From the NCBI GenBank assembly GCA_025603075.1, contig MU626369.1, forward strand, positions 9,360-73,359: DNA of 64,000 bases, read 5' to 3'. Below the pieces are notes generated by a model. The model did not search any database and had not been told where the DNA came from. It saw only the letters and a list, made by a program, of their open reading frames with translations. Each line of letters begins with the position of its first letter. The first letter of the stretch is position 1. A program made the translations under genes and the position numbers. The stretch is from Neoconidiobolus thromboides FSU 785 (lineage: Eukaryota; Fungi; Entomophthoromycota). Shown here piece after piece: positions 61,083 through 64,000 of the stretch.

Positions 61083-62078
61083 ATGACAATTAAATCATAT
61101 ATCTTTACCCTTCTTGTTGTTACTTTAGTATCAAGTACCCCCATCCCAGCTAATAAATCTGGGCTTGATGGCTTATTATCCAATTTACTAGGTGGTAAAC
61201 AAGATACTCAAACGATTCAATTTATTACTCAAAATAAAGCTCCTGCTCCCGCTGCTGTTGCTGTGGATAAAGTTGAAAAATTTGAAGAAATTAGAGAAAA
61301 TTATAGTAAACATAATGGACATAATGGACATAATGGACATGACAAATATGGTGAGTATTATCATGGTTCAGATTATGATATGGATGATTATGGTGGTGAT
61401 GAGTATGATAATTATGATGGGAAATATAATAATGACTATGGCAAAAATAACTATAGTAAAGACAATTATAGTGACAATTACATCAGCGATTATAATTCAT
61501 ACAATAAAAAGGATTTATATAAAAGAAACGAATATGACTCTTATAAAAGTGGCTACCAGACTTTAGATTATTCAAAGGACAATTACTCCAATAAAGTTAA
61601 TAATTATAAAAAAGATGAGTATAGCAATGGATATGAAAAGATAACTGATAATTACAAAAAGGATGATTACTCTAAGAAAGATAATTACTCTAAAAAGGAT
61701 GATTACTCTAATAAAGACAACTATTCTAGTAAAGACAGTTACAATAATAAAGCTAATGATTATAAAAAATTAGAATACAATAATGTATATGAGAAGATAG
61801 CCAACGATTATAATAAAAAAACCAATTACAACTCAGATAAGAAAGACAATTATTCCAATGGCAAAAAGATGGAGTATAATAGTAAGGAATATAATGATAA
61901 AAAGTTTGACTACAGCAAAGATATTTATTCTAATAATAAAAAGACTGATTACAGTAATGGATACAACAAAATAACAGACAACTACAATAACAGCAGAATG
62001 AGTTACTCCAAAGATGATATAGATTACAGTAATGGTTACGAAAAGAAAGCTGATGATTATAAAAACAAGTCATACTAA
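61083..62078 (+). CDS. Secreted low-complexity repeat protein rich in K/D/Y/N/S
   Basis: Signal peptide MTIKSYIFTLLVVTLVSS; repeats KKDDYS/KKDNYS and YSNGYEKITDNY. Confidence 0.85.
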   Translation: MTIKSYIFTLLVVTLVSSTPIPANKSGLDGLLSNLLGGKQDTQTIQFITQNKAPAPAAVAVDKVEKFEEIRENYSKHNGHNGHNGHDKYGEYYHGSDYDMDDYGGDEYDNYDGKYNNDYGKNNYSKDNYSDNYISDYNSYNKKDLYKRNEYDSYKSGYQTLDYSKDNYSNKVNNYKKDEYSNGYEKITDNYKKDDYSKKDNYSKKDDYSNKDNYSSKDSYNNKANDYKKLEYNNVYEKIANDYNKKTNYNSDKKDNYSNGKKMEYNSKEYNDKKFDYSKDIYSNNKKTDYSNGYNKITDNYNNSRMSYSKDDIDYSNGYEKKADDYKNKSY

Positions 62079-62174
62079 GCTTGACTGTCGTTGACTTTAT
62101 TTATTACTTTTTAAATATGTCGTATTCATTCTTTTTTTTAGCTTTAATAAAGTTTATCATTTTAATTATTATAT

Positions 62175-62273
62175 GGGGATGTATTTTTGTATTTAAGAAT
62201 TTTACTAATAATTTTTCCACTCAAATAGCGTTTAAAAGATGGAAAAAGTTATGAAGCCAAAAAAAACACTCCC
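62175..62273 (+). mobile_element. MITE family 1, copy 18
   Basis: ATAT|GGGGATGT...ACACTCCC|ATAT. Confidence 0.9.
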
Positions 62274-62330
62274 ATATGTTTTGGTAAAACTTTTCCTTCA
62301 ATAATCATATACAAAAAACTAAGCATTTAA

Positions 62331-62402
62331 GGGCTCAGCTGGGAATTGAACCCAGGGCCTCTCGCACCCAAAGCGAGAATCATACCACTAGACCACTAAG
62401 CC
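62331..62402 (-). tRNA. tRNA-Pro (TGG), intronless
   Basis: GGCTTAG/CTGAGCC acceptor stem, CTCGC-TTTGGGT-GCGAG anticodon arm, GGTTCAATTCC T-arm, and a downstream T6 run. Confidence 0.97.
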
Positions 62403-63627
62403 TTTAGTTAAGAAACTTCACTAAAAGTAAATTATAAAATGCTATGAATCAATAACTTTATGCTAAAACTAGATTACAATATTGTTATTTGCGATTCTAA
62501 TAGACTCCAAATTAATTTCCGCTATGTAAATAATTAATTCTTTTGATTAAATTCTCCTTTTTCTATTATTTAGACTTTGCTTATTGTCTTTCCTTTCACC
62601 CTTATTGAATAAACACTACTAACCAGTCATCTAGTAGGAAAAAGATTGTCATGAGAAAACCCATCTCCTCATCAGATTTAATAATATACTAGTAAGCTAA
62701 CAACCAACTAAAAATGAGATAGCTCATTATCTAAATCATTCATCATGCTTCAAACCATCTGACTAACTCTTAATAACTTTAATTATATATATAAATATAC
62801 TGCTTTTATTTTTTAAGTTATTTTATCATCCTTTTATTTTATAGTCTAGATTACTACTTTAATTTCTTGACTTGGACAATAATTAAAGTCGAGTATAATT
62901 ACGTTAATAATAAAACTTGATTTATAAAATATTTTAATAACCAATTCTATTATAGTTCACATATAAAGATATCTTGACTTTACATATTTCGAATAATAGT
63001 CTTATCTTGCTAAATATCTAAATAAATTATACAACCAATTATTAGTGGTTCCAAAATTATAATACTACATAAAAAAGTATGTTTATTTTATATTTCTAAA
63101 TAAAGGAAGATGCCTCAAAAATTATTAGAAAAAAGAATGACTTAAACGAATTATCTCACTATAGCAACCCTTTTTATTAAAAAACGACAAATTCAAAGAG
63201 TATCAGCAAATATTTTATCAGCAATAGTCATTCATCTGAATCAGTTAGTGCTTAAAAGAAACTCAAAATGAGGATTTAAATAAGCAATGATCTGACCTTA
63301 AGATGAAGAAAAAAGAGTGGGTACTTAATGATCAATTGATTGTATAAAGGAATAAAATCAAAAGACTATCGTGTGATAAGGAGAGTGGTCATCGAAATTA
63401 AATGTAACACTAATTGAGAATTTTTAACTATATGATTTGCTAAATATGATTATGACTATGATTAGTTTAGTTTACTAAGTAATTATGCGAGCCATTCTAT
63501 TCATTACCACTGATGCTGTTCATAAGTCGATTAGATAATATTCTAATTGTTAGTGAAATTAATGAGTATCAGAGGATTATATAAAGGATGAAAATCAATT
63601 CAAAATCATTAACAAAAAATTTCGAAA

Positions 63628-64000
63628 ATGAAATTCACATCTATTGCTTTTGCTACTTTAGCTGTTATCTCTTCAGTAATCGCTGGTCCATCCACCAAAG
63701 CTACTTATACTGATCAAAAAGTTATTCAATTTAAAACTAATGCAAAAATAAACCCAGTTCTTGATCAAATTGATGTTTGGGCTCAAACTGAAGATTCTGT
63801 CAGTGCTCGTGTCACCCCTTCTCAATTAGCTTCATTAAAGAAAGCTAATGGTGGTTCTTTAGAATACAAGACTCTGATTGAGGATTTACAAAGTCAAATT
63901 TATGATTCATTTTCACAAATTGAATCGAAAACTGCTAGCGCCGATTGGTTCTCTAATTATCATACTTATGAAGATATCAAAACTTGGTATTCCACTTTAG
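63628..64000 (+). CDS. M14A carboxypeptidase, close paralog of 6125-7366 (truncated by the window end)
   Basis: MKFTSIAFATLAVISSVIAGPSTKATYTDQKVIQFKTN...DQIDVWAQ...EDLQSQIYDSFSQIES is nearly identical to the first copy. Confidence 0.95.
   Translation, partial: MKFTSIAFATLAVISSVIAGPSTKATYTDQKVIQFKTNAKINPVLDQIDVWAQTEDSVSARVTPSQLASLKKANGGSLEYKTLIEDLQSQIYDSFSQIESKTASADWFSNYHTYEDIKTWYSTL

Noticed and set aside
4242-62273. Repeat family as a CRISPR-like array or tRNA-derived SINE
   Set aside because: Copies are dispersed at irregular kb spacing in both orientations, have TIRs, and show no A/B boxes or poly(A) tail; no cas genes are present.
62600-63450. Possible non-LTR retrotransposon 3' remnant (LQTI*LTLNN; KKKEWVLNDQL)
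   Set aside because: The motifs are too short and isolated to support a call without a profile search.

Overview
Very AT-rich eukaryotic (fungal) genomic DNA with short GT-AG introns (about 45-80 nt). The gene content suggests an early-diverging, probably insect-associated fungus such as Entomophthoromycotina; this taxon call is inference only. Intron-containing conserved genes: PUS10 (5' part), YPP1/TTC7-like, GUF1, a GT15 mannosyltransferase and MED16. There is also one tRNA-Pro(TGG). These are mixed with mostly intronless accessory genes: two M14 carboxypeptidases, two Gti1/Pac2 (WOPR) factors, two DHA2 MFS transporters, an animal-type DNase I without a signal peptide, a secreted M64 peptidase, an F-box/RCC1 gene, two A-T-R NRPS-like reductases and several small or orphan secreted proteins. 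Structure not shown by the ORF track: (1) 18 copies of a ~98-bp MITE with AT flanks and CpG-decay variants; (2) a second ~230-bp MITE family, with one copy carrying a nested family-1 insertion; (3) a decayed F-box/RCC1 pseudogene that, with the WOPR and carboxypeptidase pairs, suggests an old inverted duplication; (4) two long intergenic hairpins; (5) possible LINE remnants. All homology calls are by eye, without database searches.
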